Below, piece after piece: positions 1-19,678 of a stretch of DNA of 64,000 nt. Position numbers and translations under genes: made by a program. Position 1 is the first letter of the stretch; every line of letters starts with the position of its first letter. The stretch spans positions 5,410,408-5,474,407 of the forward strand of contig CAJFCJ010000006.1 of assembly GCA_904063045.1 (NCBI GenBank), in the 5' to 3' direction. The notes under the pieces were generated by a model that was not told where the DNA came from, did not search any database, and was given only the letters and a program-made list of their open reading frames with translations. The stretch comes from Dimorphilus gyrociliatus (lineage: Eukaryota > Animalia > Annelida).

Positions 1-578
1 ATTCAATTCTTCTTCTTGTTTCCTTTCAATTTTCTATTTTGCTTAAACGTCTATACTGTATATCAACTTAAAATAAAAAAATAGAGAAATATAGTTTTCC
101 ATATAGAAAACTTTAAAAGAAACATCACAAACACTAAGCAAGTATATGTACTATTATTCTAAATAAGGTTATAAGAAACAAACAAAGAAAAGGGAAGAAG
201 GTAAAGTTAAGCATGCGTTAATAGTTTCTTTTTATATTCTATTTTTATATTCATATTTGTATTGAAAATACTTCTCTGTTTTTCTCTTTATCTATTTATC
301 TGTTTTTTATTATCATTCTACTTATTTCCTTTATAATAGGGAAAATTCAGATTTTTTATTAATTTAACTAACTTCTACTTATATAGACAGCTTACTGCAT
401 ACAATATGCATCTAAGCTATATACTTATATATTTTTTTATCTTGAAACTTTCCTTTTGTCAATGTCTTGTTTAATTCAAATCAAGATGAAACATTAAAGA
501 AATCGACTCATTTTATTAATATACAATCAAATTGGTATCCCTTATCATAGTAATTTGTTTTCTATTTTAAATTATTAG

Positions 579-3500
579 AAAAGTGGTCGATCTATGAGTC
601 ATTCGGCATCAACTGGAGATGATTCAACAGCCTCTGATAGTCCCGATTTGGAGATGGTGGAAGCTCCGAAGACTGTCTCTATGGTTACGGGTAAAATTCT
701 TGTTTAATTATTTTCATTTAAAGTTAAAACAAAAGTTTTATTTTATTGCTTTTTCTTTATTGTTCGTCTTCATCTAACGTCTTTAGGAGATGAACTAGAT
801 ATTCGTTCCTGTGTCCAATTACTTTTGGATTTATTTACTCAGTTTGTTTCTCCATCACCGGAGATAGCCACACCTCCAGCTCTTCTATGTCAAGTTATGC
901 GATCGGTTAGTAGCATCGACTAAATAGGATAAAACTATATCCTTTAAGCCATAAAATACATATGTTTGTTTTCTTATCCCTTTTTTAGATGGTTGCTGTT
1001 ACGGACGTTTTAGATCAAGCACCCCATTATGAATGGTTATTGCATAATTTATTACAAGTTGATAAATTAAGACCAGTTGATGATGAGCTTGTTAGGCAAT
1101 ATTTAGCAATTGGAGCTTGTAAAGCTGCCTGTTTTTCGGGACAGGTGACTAGATAACATTTATATAAAATACTGTTTATTTATTTATCTATAAAATTATA
1201 ATCTTTAATTAACAGTTTGAAATGAGACAAGAAAAACTGATATCTCTTATTGATAATGGTCTACAATCGAGTCATGTTCCAAGTAGAGCTGCAGCTCTTC
1301 ACGCCTCTGTTTTTCTATTACAATCTGCCCCCAACAACAGCGTAAATTCAATAGTACTAAATTACCTAAAATCTTTACTTCAACGCCATTTATTACCTTT
1401 AACTTCTTGTCAATTTTGGTATATAATATTATTATTACATAACTATTATTTAAAAAATTATTAATGATTTATTGTTTTCAATTCAAGTACGTCTAACGAA
1501 CAATACTGGTTAACCGTTTGGTCGGTTGCATTCTATTTATTAGAGAATCACGCAGAAGAACTAGCTGATAATGAATTCTGTTCAAAGATATTGCAGGTAT
1601 AATATGTCTAATACGTATTTACATAATAAAATATATATACAGTATATATATATAAACTGAATAGATTGTTTATAATAATAATGGAGAGATTCTTGACCAT
1701 CCTTTTAATTCGTTTTTCTTTATAGGCTGCTATCGATAAGACGTACGAAGATAAAACGGCCTTGGGTCTATACTTATGTCTTATAAATGGCTTTGAACGT
1801 CTTATTTTATCCGGTTGCTTATCAACTAGTCAGATTACTGCTGTTGTCAAGTTATCCATAAACAAGTAGATACAATCGTCTTATATTTTTACCTTAACTG
1901 ATACCTTTTAAGATAAATTCTATAACCATAATATTTAGTCATTTATAATTTTCTATACAATTTATATATTTAAAAAATAATTACAGACTTCTAATGCAAA
2001 ATGTTCAAAGAAGTTTGCACGCGGTAAGACTATTATTAGCATGTATGCATTTCGGTACGAGAGGAGCGGAATCATCAATTACGGAAATAGATGTAGAAAT
2101 GTCTATTGTAACTATGGAACGTATTACAGTAATATTTGACAGGTGTGTATTATATTAAAATTCATATATTAATCTATATAATATTAAAAGATTAAATAAA
2201 TAAATATTCTTGTATTTTTTATCTTTTAGAATCCGTAAAAGCGCTTTTGCAGAGGCTAAAGTTCTTTGCAGAATTCTACCAAGATTATTAATCGAATTCT
2301 GTTCGCCAGATGACGTTATGAATAAGGTCTATATTAATAATTCTCATTTTTTTGTTTTTGCTTGTATATAATAACACATAGTGTGTGTATATACACCATT
2401 TATATCTCTATATAATATAATGAATTTGCAAAATTTAACATTTTTCAAATAGGTAATCGGTGAATTTATATCCAATCAACAACCACATCCACAATTATTG
2501 GCAAAAGTTCTATCGGAAGTATTTAGTAAATTGATAAATGATGAAAAGGCTGACGTTGTTGTTAATTGGTTAATGTTATCGTTGAGTAATTTGGCGCAAA
2601 GAACCCCATTATCAATGGCAATTTGGAGTTTAACTGTATGCTTCGTTAGTGCCAGCCAGAGTAATCAATTAAGAGCTCTGTAAGTAACTCTATGTATATG
2701 AATATCGTAGTAAATTTTTAAAGATAGTACTTTTTAACGTCTTTAAAATCATTTTTCGCTATTTTATAAAGGAAAGGGAGGAAATTTTATTTTATTGTCT
2801 ATTCATTCTTTTTCTATTCCTTTATTCTTTTTAGTCGTTTTATTTAGTCGTAATAAGAATTTTATTAGTGTCTTAACACAATATTTCAAATGTTTGAAAG
2901 CCTTCACATTTGTTGTTGCTACTATTCAACATAAAAAAAAATAAGAGGTATCTTTTAAAAAGGAGAAGGTGACAAGGATAAAAAAAGAAAGAAAAAAAAA
3001 GCCTATTAAGCAGAGGCTTTTTATAAAAATGATTACGTACGTTCAAGCATTCAAAAGGAGTTTTTTTTTTCTATTCAATTTTTACTTTCTCCTTATTTTC
3101 CAAAATAGATTGAATTTATTATTGTTTAAGAATGGAAATGGAAAACCAGTTTAAATAATCTTTGATCAAATAATTGAAGATCTAATTTAAATACCGATTC
3201 AGACAAGGAATACCTTAAGTAAATTGTTATTAAGTATAAAATAACAACGCCCTAACAACTACTCCATTATGCTATCATACCTTTCCGTAAAAAATTAGGC
3301 CTAAGAGCAAAGGAATAATATATATTTATATATATTCATTTCATTTCTATATACGCCATCTACTGGTATACTCTTACATTGTTTTATTGTTACAGACTAC
3401 CTCATATGATATCCAGAATGAATCAATCAAACGATGTCACAGAAAAGTTCTTCCTGTTATCGGCAATCGATTTTTATAAACAGTTGGACAATGAGACAAA

Positions 3501-3597
3501 GATAAGCTTTAAGAAGACATTCGAAATAGCAATGCAGGGTGAAATTATAGATTTATATGACAGATTATTGACCATTATTAACTGTGATGAATGTTGA
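579..3597 (+). CDS. HTT: Huntingtin, C-terminal HEAT region (3' exons; gene starts upstream of the window)
   Basis: About 10 spliced exons read [107 protein letters not shown] and LPHMISRM...IINCDEC*. These match the human HTT C-terminus in order (e.g. [50 protein letters not shown]). Introns are GT-AG and in phase. Confidence 0.95.
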
Positions 3598-3959
3598 TAA
3601 CTGTTTCTTCTTTATATCCAAAAAAAACATAGTCATTCCAATAATATTAATATTTCCTGCAAAAGAGAAAATACAATACGAATATTTTCTTTTTTTATGA
3701 TTTATGTTCACTATATTTAATTGTTAATCTATTGTCTTTTTTTTCACTTTATTTATCTTCATAAAGTAATCAATGTCAACTTTAATTCCTTTTCTTTTTC
3801 TGCCATTTAAAGCTGTTTGATTAATAAAGAATTTATTTTGAGTTGCGTCATCAATGCTGCACTAATTAAAAATATATGAAGTTTATTATAAAAAAAAAAC
3901 AGACAAACACAATTTCTACGAATCAATTGTTTCTTTTCCATATTTCAGTAAAAATGTTA

Positions 3960-9878
<5,919 letters not shown>

Positions 9879-11689
9879 CTTCAGACGAATTTTTGTTTAG
9901 AATACGAATCGGACCTTATATGAATAAGTTGAAAGCGGATCCACTACGGGGGGACTGTCTATCTGATATAACATACTGATGTACTAGATTTAACGTAAAC
10001 TAAATAAATTTTAAAGTGTTGCATATTAATTATTAATAATAAATTATTTACCTAACTTAATTAAGAGTTTGCATACTAATTAAATAAATTGATAGATTTA
10101 ACGAATAACAATCAAAATTTTAAGAAACCGTAATAATTAAGCCTATTAAAATTTTTGTCTACCATGCGGAGGCGTAGTATCACTAACAATAGTATAATCA
10201 ATAACCAATAAGTATTTTTCAAGCGTCGCCGGCTAGAAATGATTAGATAACAGAGATTGTTAACTTTTATTCGTTTTCGTCCTAATGATTTTTTTCAGCT
10301 GATAAAAACAAATATTAACCATAAATATCAAAGTGACTTTGATTTATATTTTTTAATTAAAGAGAATATAAAAAATAAAGAAAAAAATTGGAAAAACATT
10401 CGCCTACGCATTTCAATTATCTTTTAAATAGAAAACTTCTTTTAATTTATTTGTTACCAGTTTATTAATTTAATTTTTTTTTTGTATTATCATTACAGCG
10501 ATAGGTATTAAGTATTATAATAATTTATTATATAATATACTGTATATAGAGGGAGACTAGGCTTATATACTATTAAGATAAATAATATATATATCGTATG
10601 TAAAATCTGCTTTAGTAAGCAAAAATAAAATATTTTGAATATTTCGATTAATTATTTATGTTTATAAGTAATATTATTGAAATAGATAATATAAACATAT
10701 ATATTTCTTTTAATAAACTTAATTATCACCTAGAATTCATTTCGTAATAGAATATTTTATATTCTGTTCCTTTTTTAAAAATGTTCTATATTCTATATTC
10801 TTTCGTTCCATTTTCTAAACTGTACTTTTCTTTCTCTTTTTATATCCTTGTTATAAATTATACTATTATTTGCTCTAAATCTAAAATAAAAAAGACAAGT
10901 CTAATTAGTTTAACTATCTTATCTTATAGATGAAATATTTAGAATTATTTTGCTTGTGTCGTAATAATCCTATAATCTCTTCTTTCTGTTGATTATAAAT
11001 TAAAAAGATCTTTGATTGATAACGAACAATTTGTTAGAAAAATTGTGATTTCTTTCATATACTTCTTATCTATATTGATGTGTACATATATATCCATTTA
11101 TTTAATTTGATAGTCTATTTACCTTTATATTTATTCTGTATGTATATATCTAATAATCATAGATTACATCGATTTACTATTAATTAATTATCATATGTAT
11201 TTATATATGTTTGAATACTTTTAATTTAATAAATAAATACTTTAAGCGTTAATTAAATAGAGAAAAAATATACACGTTACTCTACTTAGAAATATATAGA
11301 TATTTTGTTTTAGAATATGATTTAAAACATTATTAAATATCATTTGTTGAATAAAATAACAGCTTGTGCTTCTTCTTTAATAACTTTATTCAAAATTGTT
11401 CTTTATTCGTCTCTGAAACATTTGCGTGATTTAGAACTACCACAGCGGAAGTTGTTGTCTGCTAAAGTCCAAATTTTTACAGTTTTCTCACCAGTATTAA
11501 GTGTGTATTTATGTGTATTCTTTGCACATAATAGAAAGAAATCATCACTTTTTTCTTCATGAACTTCATCCTGAGGAAATGTAAAATATTCAAAGGTAGT
11601 ATTTAGCAGATTTCTGGACAAAAACACACTAGAAACTTATACTGACACGTGCAAAAACCTGGCAATGCAAGTAGTGCAAATCAACTAAT

Positions 11690-13037
11690 ATGTTTTTGAA
11701 TATTGAAAAATGGAGTAAACTTACCAAACTAGTCGGATTATTAATAATACTATTCGTCTTTAATGAATTCATTATCTACTATATTTTCTTGTTGCAATGT
11801 CAATGGCCTCTTTTACAACAGTCAAAGTCAGCCGAAGACGTGAAAGTGATGTTTCTAGCTGATACCCATATTTTAGGTAATAGAGAAGGACATTGGTTTG
11901 ATAAACTTCGAAGAGAATGGCAGATGGAAAGATCATTTCAAACAGCAATGGCTATACATAGTCCAGAAGTTGTTTTCATACTAGGAGATTTATTCGACGA
12001 AGGAAAATGGAGCAATGACGTGGAGTTCAAAACCTACGTTAATCGCTTTAATAAAATGTTTCGTCATTCATCTAGTACAAAATTATATACTACAGTTGGA
12101 AATCATGATATAGGCTTTCATTACATGGTCAATCCGCACAATAGAAAGAGATTTGAGAGTGCATTCGATGCTCCATCAATGCGAATGATTCGATTGAAAA
12201 AGACTATTTTTGTCTTAGCAAATAGTATGGCTTTCGAGGGAGATGGCTGTGATATGTGTGCTGAATCGGAAAAACTCTTGAATGAAATAGGAAGAAAGCT
12301 TGATTGTGCTCAAGTTAGTAGTCAGATAATATCTTCCCTTAAAATAAACGACAATATTTAATTATTCTTCTTATTATTTGCAAATACAGAACGGAAACAA
12401 ATATTTAGATTGCCATGACATAACAGAATCCTTTCAGTATTCAAGACCTATCTTATTGCAGGTACAGAAGAATATTTTATATATATTTACATTATTCCAT
12501 CTAATCTTTCTCTTCTTTGTACAGCACTTTCCCATGTTTAGAAAATCAGATTGGAATTGTAGTGGAGTAGACGCCGCCCCTGTAGAAGAGAGGCATAAAT
12601 CATTTAGGCCGAAGTATGACTGTTTGTCAAAAGAGGCTTCTAACCAACTATTTAATATTTTAAAACCTCGTCTTGTTGTAAGTGGTCATACACATCATGG
12701 CTGCTTAACTTATCATTTAGATGGAACACCTGAATATACAGTAGCTTCATTTAATTGGAGAAATAAAGCAAACAGTCCTTCGTTTCTATTGGTAAGTTAA
12801 AGAATCAATACGTTTTACACAGTTTTATATTTAATTTATCTGCTGTCATTATTATTATTTTCTTATATACTTTAGGCAAGAATTAATCAAAAGGACTTTG
12901 CTATTTCAAAATGTCAAATACCTTCTGAAATTCTAGTTATATGGATTTATTCAGTCTCAGCAGTTATATTAAGTTGTTGGATACTTTGGCCATTAATTTA
13001 TTATATAATCTATAGAAGAAGACGAAAATTCTTGTAA
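11690..13037 (+). CDS. MPPE1: Metallophosphoesterase 1 (PGAP5/Cdc1-like GPI-remodelling enzyme), 4 exons
   Basis: N-terminal TM (FNEFIIYYIFLLQCQWP) and motifs ADTH, ILGDLFDEG, VGNHDIGFH, LLQHFP, SGHTH, plus a C-terminal TM ending RRRRKFL*. The last exon is 12876-13037. Confidence 0.93.
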
Positions 13038-13451
13038 GAACGGAGAATAAAGAAACATAATTAATAGTAATCAAAAAAGAAAGAGGTTGAGAAATAGTTA
13101 TGGATAATTTTTTTGCGCTGTTTGTATCTTCTAGAAATAATTTTCTTAATCTTTTATACATTCCTTTGCTGTTTCTTTTTTGTTTATTCTACACATAAGA
13201 CAATTTTTTACTGCGAACTATGACTTTTAATGTCGTTTTGCAGAAATTGAGAAACTATTATCTAGAGAGTAACAAAACATCTGTAATATTTCTTACAATG
13301 TTTATATATTGGAAAAAAAATAAATAACGTGGCTATATACATAGATATAGTATATAATTTATATATATAAAGTATATATATATACGTATATATATATTAA
13401 GTTTTTATAATATACAACATGTTGTTCAAATTATTTGTTTAATCATACTAT

Positions 13452-15132
13452 TTAAGATATAGAATTTCTCTTATCGTTGATAATAAAAGAATCTTTATCT
13501 TCAGGAGTTAGGATTCCACCAAAGTATTGTTGATTAGTTTCTAAATACAGTGAGCTAACGCATACTCTAGCAACATTTTGAATTTTAAATACATCCGCTT
13601 TCCATCTCCTTACTATTATTATTGGAATGATAAGTAGACTTAATAATATAGTATTTACTATCCCGGCTATTGTATATACATAGGATATATTGGACAGACT
13701 ACCGAGTAGGCTGTATTTTTCGGCAGCCGCGTAATGATATTGAGTATCTTCACCTAGACAGCGAAAGCTCTTTCTTTGAAGATGAAATTCTTTTATATTT
13801 CTCTTTAAGGGTAGTTTCTCAATCTATTAAAGATTTTATAGAAACAGACGAATATATCAATAGTTTTATAATTAAATTTTAAATGTTAATAATACTATTA
13901 GAAAAGTACCGATTTTGGTCTTGGTTCGTTACATCGTCTCGTCCTTATCATAGTCTTTTCAAGTTTTCTACTACAAACGTTCGTTGGGCATTTATCAGTT
14001 AAAGTCCATCTATTCCAAGGAGACCAATCTCCCCTCAAAGGTCTATAGCAGATAGAATTAAATGTCTTTTTTTGACAATTCTCAACTAATATCCATAGAG
14101 GTTTTCTTCTTTTAACAGATAGTTTAGCGTAAAGACAAATATCATTTGAATTATTTGTCTAAAGATAAATAAACTTTAATTATCAATCAACCACAAAATT
14201 GTTCCACTTAACTAACCGTATTGTTATTAGTCTCTAGATATCTGTTAATTGCCACTTCTTGTGTATCTGTCCAAGATTTATTATCGTATACAAATTTACC
14301 AAATTCGTTTGTTACGATTGGTAATAATATCTTAAAATCTTGTAATTTTCCCATCATTTCCGGTAATCGCTTAGAAAATAGTATACTCTCTTGATGTCTA
14401 TCCATTTTTAATAACTTACAAAGTAAATTAATTAATTAATGATATTAAAATATTATAATTAAATTTTTAAATTAGATCTTTTACTTTAAATTTCCTTTTC
14501 CAGCATTCTTTATTAGCATTTTCTCTTGATTTTTCACCAATCATTAATAAACAATAACCAGTAGGTTCATCATAAAAATAACGTAGAGAATCATTGAATT
14601 TACTACGATTATGTTTGTTATTATTATTGTTATTAATATTACAAAATGTAGCGGTTTTCAAATAGACTACATAATTGTTTTTTACTTTATTCCTGTCTAT
14701 ATCGATAGAGTGAAAAACATTCATATTCATATTTATATATATATTCAATATTAATTTTTCTTTCCTCTTGTATAAGATGTGTTTTTAAGTTTTTCCCTCA
14801 TTCTTACCTTTATCTTTAATACAGTATTTACTTGATAATACGCATTCGTCTCCCTTTATCGCTATTGCAACGCATAAAGGCCAATTAATGCAATATTCTC
14901 CGCATCTCTTCTTACTGGAAAGTTTTATTCTCAAATCCTCGTAATTATCCGGTTTCCATACTATTGAATTTTGTTGACATGGTACATAATTATCTTCTGA
15001 TCGATATTCAATAAATTCGAATTGCGGTCGACTTTCAAATAGTTCAGTTACAATACTGTCAATTCGAAATGTATCCTGACTAGCCACGCAATAAAATAAA
15101 CTCGTATGGATAATAATTAGAACTTTATTCAT
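13452..15132 (-). CDS. Type I membrane protein: signal peptide, PAN/apple-like, C-type-lectin-like, TSP1, TM, short tail (5 exons)
   Basis: ATG at 15132 (MNKVLIIIHTSLFYCVA). PAN-like CGEYCINWPLCVAIAIKGDECVLS. CTLD-like 4-Cys pattern KECW...DICLY...ENCQ...SICY. TSP1 GDWSPWNRW...RTRRCNEP. TM YTIAGIVNTILLSLLIIPIIIVRRWK. All introns I traced are GT-AG and frame-consistent. Confidence 0.65.
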
Positions 15133-15611
15133 TGTCAAGTCTTATTTCAAACTATGGTGACGTCATAGAAAAGTATTTATTAAAACTTTCGATTACGGAT
15201 AATTAGAGTATGTAATCAATATAAAAGTAGTTTAATGAATAATTCATAAGCATTAATTTCTTATTAAATAAGGGCGTTAATATGAAAAAATATTCAATAT
15301 GTTGAAATATATTGCATAATAGTCGACAATTTATTATGTGGCTTTCTATTTTGTTTGTAATGTCCTTTTTTTTATTCACTTAAAAAAAAAGGCGTCGAAT
15401 TTTTAAATAAAGGTTTGTGCAAGAGAAATTGAATTATAATAATAGAATTTATATAAAATATCTTTGGTTTCTCAAGATAGATAGATAGTTAAACAAGTGT
15501 TTTCCACCACAAGTATAGAAATTAGTTACAACATCTATTACATAAACATATATTATGTATATTATATAATCATATTTAATTATTTTTATGAATATTTTAT
15601 CTTCATCTCGT

Positions 15612-16222
15612 TCAAGCGGTATTTAATTTAATATTACAGATATTTAACGATGTTAATTCCATATCAGTACTTTCAATAGTTAAATAACGACCAGTTCGTG
15701 TTGTTCCACAATTTACTGTTATTTCGTTAGTATATGGCGGTAATCTTGGTGAGGCGCAAATAGGATTATATTTAAAACCTTTACGATATTCTAGATTTTC
15801 GAGTTCGTCACCAATTCTTACTCTCAAGTGAGGAATATTTCTGCCTACATTCAGTGAAAAAAGGAAAACTATCAGGTCGTTTCAATAATTATTAATGTTA
15901 AATAATTACTCACCTAAAATGGTCAAACTGGAAATTGTAACATTTGTATTGTAATCGACGGTCAACCATGGATAAGCTTCAAAACCAGTTTCAGCGCACG
16001 TATCACCTGAACCATCTATAGCTAAATTAGCTGTAAAGGTATTTTTCGTACTGCTCTGAAAAGTATCTATCGCTAATGAAGCTGTTCAAATAAATTGTTG
16101 AATTAATATTTCTAAACAAACACTTTCTAAGAGTTTTAATATTAAAATATATTAGATTATTAATGAAACAAACCTGCGATTAGAACAGTCAAAATCAGGC
16201 AAAATAATCCACCGTTATACAT
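15612..16222 (-). CDS. Secreted F-type lectin (fucolectin / F5/8C-like) single-domain protein, 3 exons
   Basis: Signal peptide MYNGGLFCLILTVLIA. Fucolectin-fold motifs QSST...ANLAIDG...TCAET...PWLTVD, LRVRIGD, NPIC, ITVNC, GRYLTI, LNICNI. Confidence 0.7.
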
Positions 16223-16582
16223 ATTTAATGAAACGTCTGTTCAAGACTAGGAAAATGTCTTTCGATTTATATGATAAAATCAATTTTTCGCCATGACAAT
16301 GAGTTTGACGTCAAAAGCGTCAATAACACCATCTACTTTCATTCTTTTCAAACTTTTGTTTTTTTTATATAAAAGATAGACTTTAAAGAAAAAGTTTAAG
16401 TTAATCGACTAATATATTTACTTCTTCATCAACATAAAAAACACCTTCACCGTTACTCTATTCTTCATTTCATTTAAAGTGGAATTTTTGATTGAAACTA
16501 AATTCATTTAACAATTCAAATGCATATATTGATTAAAGATTAAGATTGTTAATCGCCTTTTTTTAATGCATAATTGATAAGA

Positions 16583-17981
16583 CTATTTTCTAAAAGCTTC
16601 TGTAAATCTTCTGGTATTCGATCCCCTTGGAAAAGGCTCTAAGGAAGATACGGCGTCTATCCAATTTTCAAAATTTTTCCCATCTTTATACCAGTTAACT
16701 AATTAAAATTCAAAATGAATAGATTAATAATATGTACAGTAATTATAATTGTTATTACTTGTTTCTTCTATACCATCTTCCCATTGAACTTCTTCCTTCC
16801 ATCCTAATTCTTTAAGTTTACTCGAATCCATTGGATATCTTGGATCGTCGTAAGGCCTGTCTTCTGTATAGTTAATAAACTTATTCGCTTCCTCTCCCTC
16901 AAGTCCTTTAAGCTGTTATACACGAATAAAAAAACGTTTTCTATTATGTTTACACTGAATATAAAGAAATTTCATAACGAACTTTTTTGATGAGTAATCT
17001 TGCTAATTCGATTATAGATATGCTAAAGTCGCTGCCAATGTTATACACTTCTCCAGGTTCGCCAGAATGAAGTATAAGATCAAAAGCATTGCATAGATCT
17101 TGAGCATGAATAAAGTTCCTAATTGCTTCTCCCTTACCATATATACAACACTGTCTATCTCTTTCTAAGAGGGATATAAACTTAGGGATGACTTTTTCTG
17201 GATATTGTCTTGGACCGTAGACGTTGTGGGATCTAGTTATTATTACAGGAAATCTAAATGATTCCCAGTATGAGTAGACCATAAATTCAGCAGCAGCTTT
17301 ACTAGCAGCGTATGGATTTGTTGGCTGCAATCTTGATTTCTCGTGCAAAGCAGTTTTAGAAGATCCACCGTAAACTTCATCGGTACTCACGTGGATGAAA
17401 AGTTTCACATTAGCCTCAAATGCAGCATTGACAAGCACGTGACTGCCGTACACATTTGTCATTGTAAAATCAATAGAAGACCAAAAAGAATAATCTATAA
17501 AATAGTTTACATTTCAGAATCTTCGGTAAAATAGAATGGAATCGATCTTTTCGGTCAATGAACTAAAATTAACTTACCAACATGAGATTGTGCTGCAAAA
17601 TGTATTATGGTATCAATCTTTTCTTCTTTAAGAATATATCTAGTGAAGCTTTCTTCACAAATGTCCCCGTGAATGAATTTATAATTTTCTTCATCTTCTA
17701 TATCTTTAAGATTCTTTAGACTAGCACAATAATCTAACTAGATTAATAAAGACGTATATTATAAATAATATTCTAATTATTTATTTTATAATCGTATACT
17801 TTATCCAAGTTAATTATCCGATAATTCTTGTATTTATTAACTAATTGAAGAACAACATGAGAGCCACTAAATAAAATATATTTAGTTCATTTAAAATGTA
17901 TCATATTTAATTTAAATATGTATTAACTAACATGAAGCCGGCTCCGCCCGTTATCAAGATGTTTTTATCAAATTTAGGCAT
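16583..17981 (-). CDS. TGDS: dTDP-D-glucose 4,6-dehydratase
   Basis: [16 protein letters not shown] (Rossmann), [30 protein letters not shown] (YxxxK), [34 protein letters not shown]-like motif. Confidence 0.93.
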
Positions 17982-18340
17982 GAAATTACAAAAAAAAGAA
18001 ACACCCAGCAAAATATCGTCTGCTAATCGAAAACGGAAGTTAGGCTTACGTCAATAAGTTCAACAAGAAATTGTCTATTTAAACAATGATAATTCTAAAT
18101 AAAATTAAACTTTTCTTAGGAAAATAGAACGAGAATTAAATACATAAAAAATATTTTAAATTAAATCATCTAGCTAAATATTGATTTAACCTTCTTTTTT
18201 TTTTAAATTAAATGCTGTATTACTCTCTCTTTTCTCTTAAAACATTCACGTATAATTAGTATTATTTATAGAATATAATAAAATGTTCACAAACAAAGAG
18301 ATAGAACTTGAAAAAAGAGAAATAGGGGAAATATACTCTT

Positions 18341-19678
18341 CTATGGATTTATCACGTTAAGAATACGTAATCCAAAAAATAAAGATATTATGAGCAAAGT
18401 TAGATTTGGGAATGAATTTGAAGCATTTCCAAGAAAATTAAAAGGCATCGCGGTTGGTCCTACTTGAACTGGTCCATTAGACATATTTCTAACTCTTAAG
18501 TAGGCTGATGTAACATCTTCGCAATTACGTAAAGTTGTTAGAGCTGGAGGAGTAACAACTTCCGTAAATTGTGCTGCAGCCCTCGACACAAGAATTTTAG
18601 AAGTCGTATAGCTATCCTCGAACTGTTTGATAATAGCAGTATTGTTCGCTCTTGGAACGCAAGGAATACCAGGACCCATCCAATAATAAAAATAATTTGG
18701 GGGATCAGTAACAGGCCACAAGTACATTCCATTGTAATAAGTTCCACCTGAATAGGAATTGCCAATTCTCTCTTCAGTTTTCTTTTTATTTAGAGCGGGC
18801 AATAATCCTAAAAGTAATCCCAAAAGGAGTCCAAGTAAAGCCAAACCTAACAAAATTCCTGTAATAGCAGCACACATTCTTTTGCATCCACTTCCAGCAA
18901 CACCGTATTTTCCATGGCTTGCTGCATTCTGTATTAAAGTATAAAGTAAACATAAGTTTATTCATTTCATATGTATTACACAATCATTCAAAATTTAATT
19001 AACCTTTCCAGCATATCTTGAACCTGCATTGCAACAGGTTGGTCCAGAATCGTAATTAGTTCCATTTCTGTAGTAATTTCCATCTTTAGGTGCGTTTCCT
19101 CCGAAGCAACCCGATCCTCTATTCTGAGGAGCCTCTCTAGCATAAGTATACTTATCATTTGGACCATTACTGTAGTGACGAGGAGTGTAGTTATCGTGTG
19201 GGGGTCTATTTCCGCCATGTTCGTAGACATGCTTTTCAATTGGTCTAGGACTTCTTCCATTAGGATTTCCATTATCGTAGACATGTCTCTCTACAGGTCT
19301 AGAACTTCTCCCGTTAGGACTTCCATTTTCGTAAATGTGTTTTTCAACTGGTCTTGGATTCCTGCCATTAGGACTTCCATTTTCATAAATATGTCTCTCT
19401 ACAGGTCTGTTCGGTGGATCATCTACTACGTAGCGCTTTTCTGGTGTAGATGGCCTGCTTCTTCTCTGTGGACTATAACTTCTAGACCTTGGTCGGCCAT
19501 CTTTGTAGATGTGCTCTTCAATAACCTGTGGTCTCTGAGGAGATTCATCCCTATGAACAATAGTCTTTGTAGGTGGTCGCGACTCAAGAACAACAACTTT
19601 AGGTTTTTGCTCTGGTTGAACAACCGGCCATCTTCTGTATTGATTTGGCCAGCCGTTAGCTCCTGATGAGATCGGCAT
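18341..19678 (-). CDS. Orphan membrane protein A (~420 aa): Arg/Pro/His-rich N-terminus, Cys cluster, TM, 2-Cys ectodomain, C-terminal hydrophobic GPI-like signal
   Basis: Exon 1 19678-19004 and exon 2 18928-18341 join in phase 0. TM AITGILLGLALLGLLLGLLLGLL. C-terminus GNASNSFPNLTLLIISLFFGLRILNVINP*. No N-terminal signal peptide. Confidence 0.75.
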
